64,000 nt of DNA from Erysipelotrichaceae bacterium (GTDB taxonomy: Bacteria; Bacillota_I; Bacilli_A; RFN20; CAG-826): contig SVBE01000003.1 in NCBI GenBank assembly GCA_015059065.1, positions 2,000 to 65,999 of the forward strand, read 5' to 3'. How positions within the stretch are numbered: position 1 is the stretch's first letter; the number at the start of each line of letters is the position of its first letter. Below the pieces are notes generated by a model. The model saw only the letters and a program-made list of their open reading frames with translations. It searched no databases and had not been told where the DNA came from. Position numbers and translations under genes: made by a program. Below are positions 39,827-47,995 of this stretch, in pieces.

Positions 39827-40420
39827 CTAAATCTTGTGTCTTCCTTCTAAGGCTTTTTGTAATGTGATCTGATCGGCGTAATCAAGGTTGCCACCCATTG
39901 GAAGGCCATACGCTAAACGGGTGACGTTAGCTTTGCTTCCTTGAAGAATCTTGCTGATATATAAGGCAGTAGTTTCCCCATCGATTGTGGGGTTGGTGGC
40001 GATGATGACTTCATCCACGCCGTTATTCACCCTTTCTTCTAACGAAGAGATGTTGAGATTATCAACAGTAATTCCTTTATTTAAAGATATTTCTCCATTG
40101 AGGATATGATATAAACCGTTATAGCCTTCTGTGTTTTCAATCGCTAAAGCGTCTTTGTAATATGAGACGACAAGAATCTTGCTATTATCTCTATTTGGAT
40201 CATCGCATATTGGACAACTGTCGCTATCGATGAGGAGTCCACACTTAGGGCATCTTTTAATAGATTCTTTCAAAGAAAGAAGGGCGCTAGAAAATTCTTG
40301 GAGGTCTTCTTCACTTTTATCAAGAAGGGCATACGCCATACGTTCCGCGCTTTTTCTTCCAACTCCGGGAAGTTTAGCAAGTGAATCTGTTAGTCTATTA
40401 ATTGGTTTTAATGAGTTCAT
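39827..40420 (-). CDS. recR: Recombination protein RecR
   Basis: LPGVGRKSAER, C4 zinc finger, EVIIATNPTIDGETTA, RLAYGLP.G. Confidence 0.97.
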   Translation of the reverse strand: MNSLKPINRLTDSLAKLPGVGRKSAERMAYALLDKSEEDLQEFSSALLSLKESIKRCPKCGLLIDSDSCPICDDPNRDNSKILVVSYYKDALAIENTEGYNGLYHILNGEISLNKGITVDNLNISSLEERVNNGVDEVIIATNPTIDGETTALYISKILQGSKANVTRLAYGLPMGGNLDYADQITLQKALEGRHKI

Positions 40421-40722
40421 TAAAAACCTAATCCTCCGGACTTACCTGTGATTCTTTCATTGATTGCTTCTTCTTCGGCATCGATTTGTTCGAGCAATTC
40501 GTTGATGCCAGAGATGATCATTTCTTCAATCATTTCTTTGTCTTCGGCGTTGAAAGCATCTGGTTCGATTGTGATTTCAGAAATGGTTTTATCACCCATC
40601 ACTCCGATAGTCACTAGTCCAGCCTTTTTCACGCTGAATTCTTTGTTGTGTAATTCTTCCTTTGCCTTGTTGAGCTCTCTTTGCATCTTTTGGGCTTGGA
40701 TCATCATTTGTTGCATGTTCAT
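40420..40722 (-). CDS. ebfC: YbaB/EbfC nucleoid-associated protein
   Basis: MNMQQMMIQAQKMQ; dnaX-ybaB-recR synteny. Confidence 0.93.
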   Translation of the reverse strand: MNMQQMMIQAQKMQRELNKAKEELHNKEFSVKKAGLVTIGVMGDKTISEITIEPDAFNAEDKEMIEEMIISGINELLEQIDAEEEAINERITGKSGGLGF

Positions 40723-42419
40723 AATTTGTTCACCTCAAATTCTAAATTGACCGCATCTGGTCTTGGGAGTTTCTTTACTCCTTTTAAATCGATAAATAGA
40801 CGTTGATAATCAACCGATTCTTTTCTTGAAACACTATAAGCGAATAAGTGTTTATGGAAGACGTGGTTAATCAACGATTGAATCATCTTTTGATTGCCCT
40901 CAGCATTAGCTTTTTCCACTAAGTTTGTCATTGGGAATTCTAATAGCAAGACTTCATTAGAAACGATTAATGGGTGAGCATCGATAAGCAATGTGGCAAT
41001 CTTTCCATACTCTGGGTGAGTGGTATATTTCTTTAATTGAGACCATTTATCAAGGAACTCGTTTTTGATTTCTTTTTTGCCGGTCACAATAATTTTAATA
41101 ACTGTGTCAGAATCAATTTTATAAACGCCATCATGCAAAGTATTTTTTAAAGATAAAAGCGTGCCAACAGGATTGATTTCTTCTTGTAATGGTGGAGCTT
41201 CTTCTTTAACTTCCTCAACTACAGGAGTTTCAATTTTAACTGGGTTTTGCTTAATTTCTTCAACAAAAATAGGTTGTTTTTCAATTTTTTCTTCTTTTTG
41301 AATTGACTGTGGTTCAGGGAATATTGGTCTTTGAAGTGATGGTTTATTTAATGTTGCCATCTTGAGTAAAGTAACTTCAAAAAGAGTATTAGCATCCGCG
41401 ACATTCTTATAGTCTTTTAGTGATTCCATCAAAGTTTGGATATAAGCATTTAATGTATTTGTGTTAGTGGCGAGAATAATCTCACTAGCTTCTTTATCGC
41501 TGATGGATTCTAAAAGATCTTTTTTATTTGTAAGAGAATAGATTAAAGCGTCTTTGAATATTGATAATAAGTCGTTTGTTAATCTCTTGATGTCGGTGCC
41601 CTTAGCTAAATATTTTTGGACACGGTTAAGAACATCGCTGACATCGTTTTTAAGAAGTGAATGAATTAATGATAATTTCTCTGCCTTTGATTCTAGAGAG
41701 AAGATTGATAACACATCATTCTCATTTAGAGTGTTGCCTGAATATGCGAGAACTTGATCAAGCATTGATAAAGCGTCACGCATTCCTCCATCACTTAAAG
41801 AGATGATGAGGTCAACTGCGTTTTGGTTATATTCAATATTTTCTTTTTCTAAGATGGTTTGAATTCTTTTGGACATCTCTTCATTAGGGACTTTGCCAAA
41901 ATCATATCTTTGACATCTTGAAAGAATGGTTGGTAATAATTTATGAGGCTCAGTTGTCGCTAAAATGAAGATGACGTGTTCTGGTGGTTCTTCTAACGTT
42001 TTTAATAAAGCATTAAAAGCTTCGTTAGTCATCATATGGACTTCATCGATAATATATACTTTGTATCTACCAAGAATGGTGGAATATTTAACTTTCTCAA
42101 TTAAGTCTTTAATTTCATTAATACCACGGTTAGAGGCGGCATCGATTTCTAAAACGTCTGGATGTGAATTGCTATTGATAGCTTCACAGTTCTTACAGTG
42201 GTTGCACTGACAGCCTAAACCTTCTTCACAGTTAAGAGCCTTTGCTAATAATTTAGCCATTGTAGTTTTACCAGTACCACGTGGTCCTGCAAATAAATAG
42301 GCATGAGAAATCTTACCTGTAGAGAGGGCATTTTTGAAGGTGCGAACAATATGTTGTTGGCCGGCAACTTCTTCAAAAGTGGTTGGTCGATATGTTCTAT
42401 ATAATGCTTTGTATGCCAT
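40719..42419 (-). CDS. dnaX: DNA polymerase III gamma/tau subunit
   Basis: MAYKALYRTYRP, GPRGTGKTT, EIDAASN, IDEVHM, TILSRCQ; start set to ATG 42419. Confidence 0.97.
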   Translation of the reverse strand: MAYKALYRTYRPTTFEEVAGQQHIVRTFKNALSTGKISHAYLFAGPRGTGKTTMAKLLAKALNCEEGLGCQCNHCKNCEAINSNSHPDVLEIDAASNRGINEIKDLIEKVKYSTILGRYKVYIIDEVHMMTNEAFNALLKTLEEPPEHVIFILATTEPHKLLPTILSRCQRYDFGKVPNEEMSKRIQTILEKENIEYNQNAVDLIISLSDGGMRDALSMLDQVLAYSGNTLNENDVLSIFSLESKAEKLSLIHSLLKNDVSDVLNRVQKYLAKGTDIKRLTNDLLSIFKDALIYSLTNKKDLLESISDKEASEIILATNTNTLNAYIQTLMESLKDYKNVADANTLFEVTLLKMATLNKPSLQRPIFPEPQSIQKEEKIEKQPIFVEEIKQNPVKIETPVVEEVKEEAPPLQEEINPVGTLLSLKNTLHDGVYKIDSDTVIKIIVTGKKEIKNEFLDKWSQLKKYTTHPEYGKIATLLIDAHPLIVSNEVLLLEFPMTNLVEKANAEGNQKMIQSLINHVFHKHLFAYSVSRKESVDYQRLFIDLKGVKKLPRPDAVNLEFEVNKL

Positions 42420-42546
42420 AGACTTCTTAAAGATTATACAACAATAAGACATTTTCAAAAAGAGTTAATATTCATATTAACGATAAAGAAATGTCTCTTT
42501 ATTAACTAGGAGGAATAATGATACAATACTTATCGGTTAAGAAAAT

Positions 42547-43623
42547 ATGGAAGAAAACATGAAACAACGCCTATTAACGGCGGAAAAAAGATTAAAAGAA
42601 ATTGACGAAGAATTGATGAGTGATACTGTTACCAAGGATATCAAGCGTTTTCGTGATATATCCAAGGAAAGAAGCTATCTCTCTGAACAAGTGGAAGCGT
42701 TCCACAAATATCAAAAGGTCGTCTCTGATTTAGATGATGCTTTGCTTATGAGCAATGATTCAGATCCTGAAATCGCCGAGATGGCAAAAGAAGAACTTAA
42801 AACACTTCAAGAACAGGAAGCTTCTTTATTAGAAGAAATAAAAGGTCTACTCGTACCACGCGATCCAAATGATGATAAGAACATCGTCGTGGAAATTAGA
42901 GGTGCGGCAGGTGGAGATGAAGCAAACATCTTCGCAGGCGATTTATTTAGAATGTATACAAGATACGCCGAACAAAAAGGATGGAAGATTCAAATGCTTG
43001 ATGAAAACCCATCTGAAGCGGGCGGTTTTGCCCTTGTGTCATTTATGATTAAAGGTGATTCTGTCTATTCTAGATTAAAATTTGAAAGTGGCGCGCATCG
43101 CGTGCAACGCGTACCTCGTACAGAAGCCAGTGGTCGTATCCATACATCAACCGCTACTGTTCTTGTGATGCCTGAAGCAGAAGAAATAGACATTCAAATC
43201 AATCCTCAAGATTTACAAGTTGATACATATCGTTCTCAAGGCGCAGGTGGACAAAACGTTAATAAGACCGAATCCGCGGTTCGTATCACCCATATTCCTA
43301 CAGGTATTGTCGTGAGCTGTCAAACCGAGAAATCACAAATTCAAAATAGAGAAATCGCGATGCAGATGCTTCGTACTAAAATGTATTCCACAATGCTTGA
43401 AGAACAACAAGAGAAGATTGGAAACGAAAGAAGATTAAAAATTGGACACGGTGAAAGAAGCGAAAAGATTAGAACTTATAACTATCCACAAAACCGTGTT
43501 ACCGACCACCGTATTGGGTTTACAATTCAACAATTAGATAGAGTGATGGAAGGGGATATTGATGATATCATCGATGCCTTAATCCATTACGACCAAGCTA
43601 TGAAAATCGCTGGTGAAGAATGA
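42547..43623 (+). CDS. prfA: Peptide chain release factor 1
   Basis: VQRVPRTE (PxT), [22 protein letters not shown]. Confidence 0.98.
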   Translation: MEENMKQRLLTAEKRLKEIDEELMSDTVTKDIKRFRDISKERSYLSEQVEAFHKYQKVVSDLDDALLMSNDSDPEIAEMAKEELKTLQEQEASLLEEIKGLLVPRDPNDDKNIVVEIRGAAGGDEANIFAGDLFRMYTRYAEQKGWKIQMLDENPSEAGGFALVSFMIKGDSVYSRLKFESGAHRVQRVPRTEASGRIHTSTATVLVMPEAEEIDIQINPQDLQVDTYRSQGAGGQNVNKTESAVRITHIPTGIVVSCQTEKSQIQNREIAMQMLRTKMYSTMLEEQQEKIGNERRLKIGHGERSEKIRTYNYPQNRVTDHRIGFTIQQLDRVMEGDIDDIIDALIHYDQAMKIAGEE

Positions 43624-44447
43624 TCGCAACTTATCGTCAAATATACTTCCTTTTAAAGAAAGAAAATAATCCCTTTTTAAGTGACTCTGTAATTAAGGAA
43701 TATTTGTGTTTTGTTGGTAATTTTGCTGATTTTACCGCATTTTTTATGCATATTGACGATGAAATTGATTTTGATTTTGATAATGAAAAACTAGCTTTGT
43801 TGAGGAAGGGAAAGCCAGTTCAACAAGTGACTGGATATCAATATTTCTGCGGGCATAAATTATATGTCGATGAGAACGTTTTGATTCCTAGACAAGAAAC
43901 CGAATCACTCGTTGAAATAATGAGAAAAAAGATCGATGAGAAATTCGTAGATAAAGATATTTCGTTATTAGACTTATGTTGTGGCTCAGGGGCGATTGGT
44001 CTATCCCTTTCTAATAAACATACAGCATTAACTCTTTCCGATATTTCTCCTAAGGCTCTTGATGTTGCTAAAAAGAACTCTGAGCAATTTAAATATAAGG
44101 AAGTGGAGTTTGCTGAGGGAGATTTGTTTTCAAATATCAAAGATAGATATGATGTTATAGTTTGCAATCCGCCTTATATTGAAAACGAAGATAATATCGA
44201 CCCTCAAGTTCGCGAATATGAGCCAATGCTTGCCTTGTTAGCAAAGCCAGGATATCTCTTTTATGAAAGAATTCTTTCTGTCATTACTAATTATTTGAAT
44301 CCACATTTTATAGTTGGTTTTGAAATTGAAGAAGACATGGAAGAAAAGCTAACCGAATTAATTAATAAATATTTACCAAAAAATAAATTTTCTTTTTATA
44401 AAGATATATGTAATAAGATTAGATTTGTTATTATAGAAAGTGATTAA
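43620..44447 (+). CDS. prmC: Release factor glutamine methyltransferase
   Basis: VLIPRQETE, LDLCCGSG, NPPY; follows prfA. Confidence 0.93.
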   Translation: MIATYRQIYFLLKKENNPFLSDSVIKEYLCFVGNFADFTAFFMHIDDEIDFDFDNEKLALLRKGKPVQQVTGYQYFCGHKLYVDENVLIPRQETESLVEIMRKKIDEKFVDKDISLLDLCCGSGAIGLSLSNKHTALTLSDISPKALDVAKKNSEQFKYKEVEFAEGDLFSNIKDRYDVIVCNPPYIENEDNIDPQVREYEPMLALLAKPGYLFYERILSVITNYLNPHFIVGFEIEEDMEEKLTELINKYLPKNKFSFYKDICNKIRFVIIESD

Positions 44448-44448
44448 T

Positions 44449-45042
44449 ATGAAACGTTACATTAAAGCAAAAATCGCTCTTGGATCACACGGTGTTGTCG
44501 CCTTTCCAACAGAAACAGTGATGGGACTAGGTGTTTATTTTGATGACGAGATAGCTTATCAGAAATTAAACGCTATCAAACAAAGAAAACCAAACAAGCC
44601 ATATACATTAATGCTATATGACCCATATGTCATTTCTTTTTATGCAGAAGTTGATAATAGGGCAGTTAAATTAATTAATAAATTTATGCCTGGGCCAATA
44701 ACATTATTATTAAAAGTAAAAGGAAAAGTGGTTCCAAAATGGGTTACATGTGGGACAGGGGTCATCGGAATTCGTGTTCCTAATAATAAAAAAGCATTAG
44801 ATTTCTTATATAACTTAGATAAACCACTTCTCGTTCCAAGTGCTAATAGGGCGGATCAACCCCCATGTCTCACTAGTAAAGAAGTGAAGAAAGTGTTTGG
44901 GGATGAAATTGACTTTGTTGTTAGAGGCAAAGCAAACGGCAAAAAGCCAAGCACGATTGTAGATTTATCTGGACCAGAAACAAAGATAGTAAGAGAAGGC
45001 TTAATCCCTTCAGAAGACATATTTAAAGCATTGGAGGAATAA
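44449..45042 (+). CDS. tsaC: Threonylcarbamoyl-AMP synthase (YrdC/Sua5)
   Basis: VAFPTETVMGLG, K.R...KP, PGPIT, PSAN, PSTIVD. Confidence 0.92.
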   Translation: MKRYIKAKIALGSHGVVAFPTETVMGLGVYFDDEIAYQKLNAIKQRKPNKPYTLMLYDPYVISFYAEVDNRAVKLINKFMPGPITLLLKVKGKVVPKWVTCGTGVIGIRVPNNKKALDFLYNLDKPLLVPSANRADQPPCLTSKEVKKVFGDEIDFVVRGKANGKKPSTIVDLSGPETKIVREGLIPSEDIFKALEE

Positions 45043-45044
45043 AT

Positions 45045-45473
45045 ATGATTATTGCGATTGGCTGTGACCACGGTGGCTACCAAAGAAAAGAAGAAGTTAA
45101 AGAACACCTAATTTCATTAGGTCATGAAGTATTAGACTGTGGAACTAACTCTTTAGAGAGTTGTGATTACCCAATCTTTGGTAGAGCGGTAGCAGAACTT
45201 GTTTCTGAAGGTAAGGCTAATTATGGCATTCTTGTTTGCACATCTGGCGAAGGCATTATGATGACCGCGAATAAAGTAAAAGGCATAAGATGTGGAATTG
45301 GCTATAACGATGAAGTTGCCTCGTTAATGAGACAACATAATAATGCGAACGTCATCTCCTTTGGTGCGAAGTTCATGAATAAGGAAGAAGTGCTTCGTCG
45401 TGTTGACATCTTCCTAAACACAGCTTTTGAAGGCGGAAGGCACGAAAGAAGAGTAAATTTAATAGAAAAATAA
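45045..45473 (+). CDS. rpiB: Ribose-5-phosphate isomerase B
   Basis: IGCDHGG, DYP, CTSGEG, ANKVKGIR, HNNAN, FEGGRHERR. Confidence 0.95.
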   Translation: MIIAIGCDHGGYQRKEEVKEHLISLGHEVLDCGTNSLESCDYPIFGRAVAELVSEGKANYGILVCTSGEGIMMTANKVKGIRCGIGYNDEVASLMRQHNNANVISFGAKFMNKEEVLRRVDIFLNTAFEGGRHERRVNLIEK

Positions 45474-45625
45474 TTTTCTGCGTCGAAAAAAGCAATTTTT
45501 CCCCTATATATAAGTATGGGGGATTTTTTTCTCAAAGCTAAAACGGTCATCTTCATTTTTAGAAGACGTTTTCACTATGAGCAAAAAGATCGGGAACTGT
45601 TTTTAGTAAACGTGGAGGATAAAAT

Positions 45626-45991
45626 GTGAGCAAAAAAAGAAAAACAATTATTAAAAGGGGCAAATTTTATGCATCTTATCCAAATGGCGGGCATCCGTCA
45701 TTAATCTATAGCAAACATAGAAGAAAGAATAAATATGATGCGGTTGTTTTCGGAACTACGCCTGGACATCATAGAAAAGAAATGAATGTTCCTATTTCAA
45801 ACAATATTGAAAAGTCCGTTGTTCATACCAGGCCTATACGAGGGGTTAGACCAGACTTTAGCGACAAGGAACTAGTTGGTTTAAGAATTGATAAAAGTGA
45901 TAAAACAATTGTTGAAATTATTAAAAGAAAAAAGCCGCAAGAAACAAGAAAATATAAGTTATATAAAGAAAAAAAGCGTCAGGCCTCATAG
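45626..45991 (+). CDS. Basic hypothetical protein, possible PemK/MazF-like endoribonuclease fold
   Basis: GTG start after GGAGGA RBS; IKRGKFY...GGHPSLIYS...AVVFGTT resembles the PemK pattern KRGxxY...RPxLVxS...VxPxTT; very Lys/Arg-rich. Confidence 0.6.
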   Translation: MSKKRKTIIKRGKFYASYPNGGHPSLIYSKHRRKNKYDAVVFGTTPGHHRKEMNVPISNNIEKSVVHTRPIRGVRPDFSDKELVGLRIDKSDKTIVEIIKRKKPQETRKYKLYKEKKRQAS

Positions 45992-46010
45992 AGCCAATTA
46001 GACGCGGTAT
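45968..46010 (-). ncRNA. Putative antisense small RNA unit A (bulged hairpin plus U-tract)
   Basis: Minus strand GCGTC-TAATT-GGCTC-TAT-GAGGCC-T-GACGC-TTTTTTT; preceded by TTGACT-17-TTAAAT. Confidence 0.45.
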
Positions 46011-46014
46011 AAAC

Positions 46015-46043
46015 ATTTAAACAAATAACCAAACAGTAGTCAA
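46015..46043 (-). promoter_or_regulatory. Putative sigmaA promoter for unit A
   Basis: TTGACT (46043-46038), 17 nt, TG-n-TTAAAT (46020-46015); -10 imperfect. Confidence 0.45.
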
Positions 46044-46060
46044 GAAGAAGCCTATAAAAA

Positions 46061-46112
46061 GAAAAAAATGATTCACAAGACCAACGAAGGATCTCCATGT
46101 GCGAATCACTAT
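46061..46112 (-). ncRNA. Putative small RNA unit B (bulged hairpin plus U-tract)
   Basis: Minus strand GTGATTCGCA-CATGG-AGATC-CTTCGTT-GGTCT-TGTGAATCAT-TTTTTT; preceded by TTGATT-17-TTTAAT. Confidence 0.5.
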
Positions 46113-46116
46113 TAAT

Positions 46117-46145
46117 ATTAAATCAAAATCATGAACAGTAATCAA
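46117..46145 (-). promoter_or_regulatory. Putative sigmaA promoter for unit B
   Basis: TTGATT (46145-46140), 17 nt, TG-n-TTTAAT (46122-46117); homologous to the unit A promoter. Confidence 0.45.
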
Positions 46146-47315
46146 TATTCTAATCAAATTTATAAATGCCCAGTATGTGGTAATACTGATCCTCGTTATC
46201 TGGGGGTTCGAGGAGGTTCTTTTTACTGTCGAAAATGCATCACATTTATTGGAGGAGAAGAAACGGGAGATATCGCCTATCCTAAAAGTGCTTATTACAA
46301 GCTAGATTATGACCTCACAGAAGATCAAATGCGGCTATCAGAAAAGCTCATTGATAATTATAAGAATAATAAGAACACTTTAGTGCACGCTGTCTGTGGA
46401 TCAGGAAAAACAGAAATAGTATTAAAGGTGATTAAATACGCGATTGAATGTGGTGAAACAGTAGGTTTTGCTATCCCAAGAAGAGATGTGGCGATTGAAC
46501 TATATAATCGTTTCAAAGATATATTTAAAAGAAATAAGGTTATTTGTTTATATGGAGGTCATACCGAAGATACGAAAGGCGATTTAGTGGTCTTAACTAC
46601 CCATCAATTATATCGATATGATAAATACTTTGATTTATTGATTGTGGATGAGATTGATGCCTTTCCTTTTAATGGAAATCAGGTGCTGGAAGCATTCTTT
46701 CGTCGATCGATAAGAAGAAATTATATTATGATGTCCGCGACTCCAACAGATAATGCCTTATCCTTTCATAAAGAAAATGGAGGAGAGATAGAAGAGCTGT
46801 TTTCAAGATACCATATGCATCCACTTCCTGTACCTCGCTTAATCGTGAGAAAAGGAGTGTTTATTCATATAGAATTAATAGATGTTTTGAGAAAGTTTTT
46901 AAAAAAGACAAAACCTGTATTTATTTTCGTGCCTACAATCGATATGTGCGAATCGTTATATTCGTTTTTAAAGTTGTTTTTTAAAAGAGGGCTATGTTTA
47001 CATTCTAAAGTTGGTGATAGGCAAAACAAACTCCAGGAATTCAAAGAGGGCAAATACCGTTATATTGTGACAACAGCAATTCTAGAAAGAGGTGTGACAT
47101 TTCCAGATTTACAAGTGATTATCTTTAAAGCGGATCACACATTATATAATTCGCACGCTTTAATACAAATTGCTGGTCGAGTAGGAAGAAAGAAGGAACA
47201 TCCAGATGGGGAGGTAATATTTTTAGCAAATGAAAGCAATGAAGAAATTGAAAACGCAATTGCAGAAATTAAAAGAGCCAACAAAAGTCTGCAAAATATG
47301 TCTAAAATCTTTTAA
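46131..47315 (+). CDS. comFA: Competence DEAD-box helicase ComFA
   Basis: CPVCG...YCRKC zinc motif, HAVCGSGKTE, PRRDV, TTHQL, DEIDAFP, TTAILERGVT, QIAGRVGR. Confidence 0.92.
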   Translation: MNSNQYSNQIYKCPVCGNTDPRYLGVRGGSFYCRKCITFIGGEETGDIAYPKSAYYKLDYDLTEDQMRLSEKLIDNYKNNKNTLVHAVCGSGKTEIVLKVIKYAIECGETVGFAIPRRDVAIELYNRFKDIFKRNKVICLYGGHTEDTKGDLVVLTTHQLYRYDKYFDLLIVDEIDAFPFNGNQVLEAFFRRSIRRNYIMMSATPTDNALSFHKENGGEIEELFSRYHMHPLPVPRLIVRKGVFIHIELIDVLRKFLKKTKPVFIFVPTIDMCESLYSFLKLFFKRGLCLHSKVGDRQNKLQEFKEGKYRYIVTTAILERGVTFPDLQVIIFKADHTLYNSHALIQIAGRVGRKKEHPDGEVIFLANESNEEIENAIAEIKRANKSLQNMSKIF

Positions 47316-47913
47316 ATCCTTAACATTTTATTCTTTATTGCATGACGATTATTGTTTATGTGAATCATGTCAAAAGAAATTATATCCAAGGTTTATTGCT
47401 TTTAAACATGATCAAACTAAATGTTTAGCGATATATGAATATGACGATGAGATGAGATCGTTAATATATCAGCTAAAAGGCTGCTATGATATCGCACTTT
47501 CTGATGTCTTTTTAAAACAGATTAGAAGAGAACTATCTCTATTATATAAAGGATATATTGTGATTCCTGTTCCTTCATATAAAACCGAGGATTTAAAAAG
47601 AGAATTTAATCATGTGGTTGAGATATTTTCTCATCTTAATAATCCAATTGTAAGATTGATTGAAAAAACAGAAAATATCAAACAATCATCATTGAAGAAA
47701 AACGAAAGAACAAATATTGGTAAATATTTAAAAATGTCTAATATAGAATTAGTGAAAAACAAAAAGGTTTTGCTCGTCGATGATATCCACACAACTGGGT
47801 CAACAATCGATGCTTGTTTAAAGATGATCAGACAAGGACAACCAAAAGATATAAAAGTTCTCGTTATTGCGAAAACAAAAGATGATAAGTCGCATATTAG
47901 CAAACATGCTTAA
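47230..47913 (+). CDS. comFC: Competence protein ComFC (zinc ribbon plus PRTase); exact start uncertain
   Basis: CKIC...LCESC, IPVP, R.FN, LLVDDIHTTGST. Confidence 0.9.
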   Translation: MKAMKKLKTQLQKLKEPTKVCKICLKSFKSLTFYSLLHDDYCLCESCQKKLYPRFIAFKHDQTKCLAIYEYDDEMRSLIYQLKGCYDIALSDVFLKQIRRELSLLYKGYIVIPVPSYKTEDLKREFNHVVEIFSHLNNPIVRLIEKTENIKQSSLKKNERTNIGKYLKMSNIELVKNKKVLLVDDIHTTGSTIDACLKMIRQGQPKDIKVLVIAKTKDDKSHISKHA

Positions 47914-47995
47914 AGCATTGGACTATAATATAACGCTTATGGTATAGTTATAAGGCAGCACATTTCTGCTAGTAAGTTTATGAAAGGATGTATTT

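Noticed and set aside
45474-45625. Type III TA repeat array or known riboswitch upstream of the PemK-like ORF
   Set aside because: No tandem repeats and no riboswitch consensus I can recognise; only hairpins
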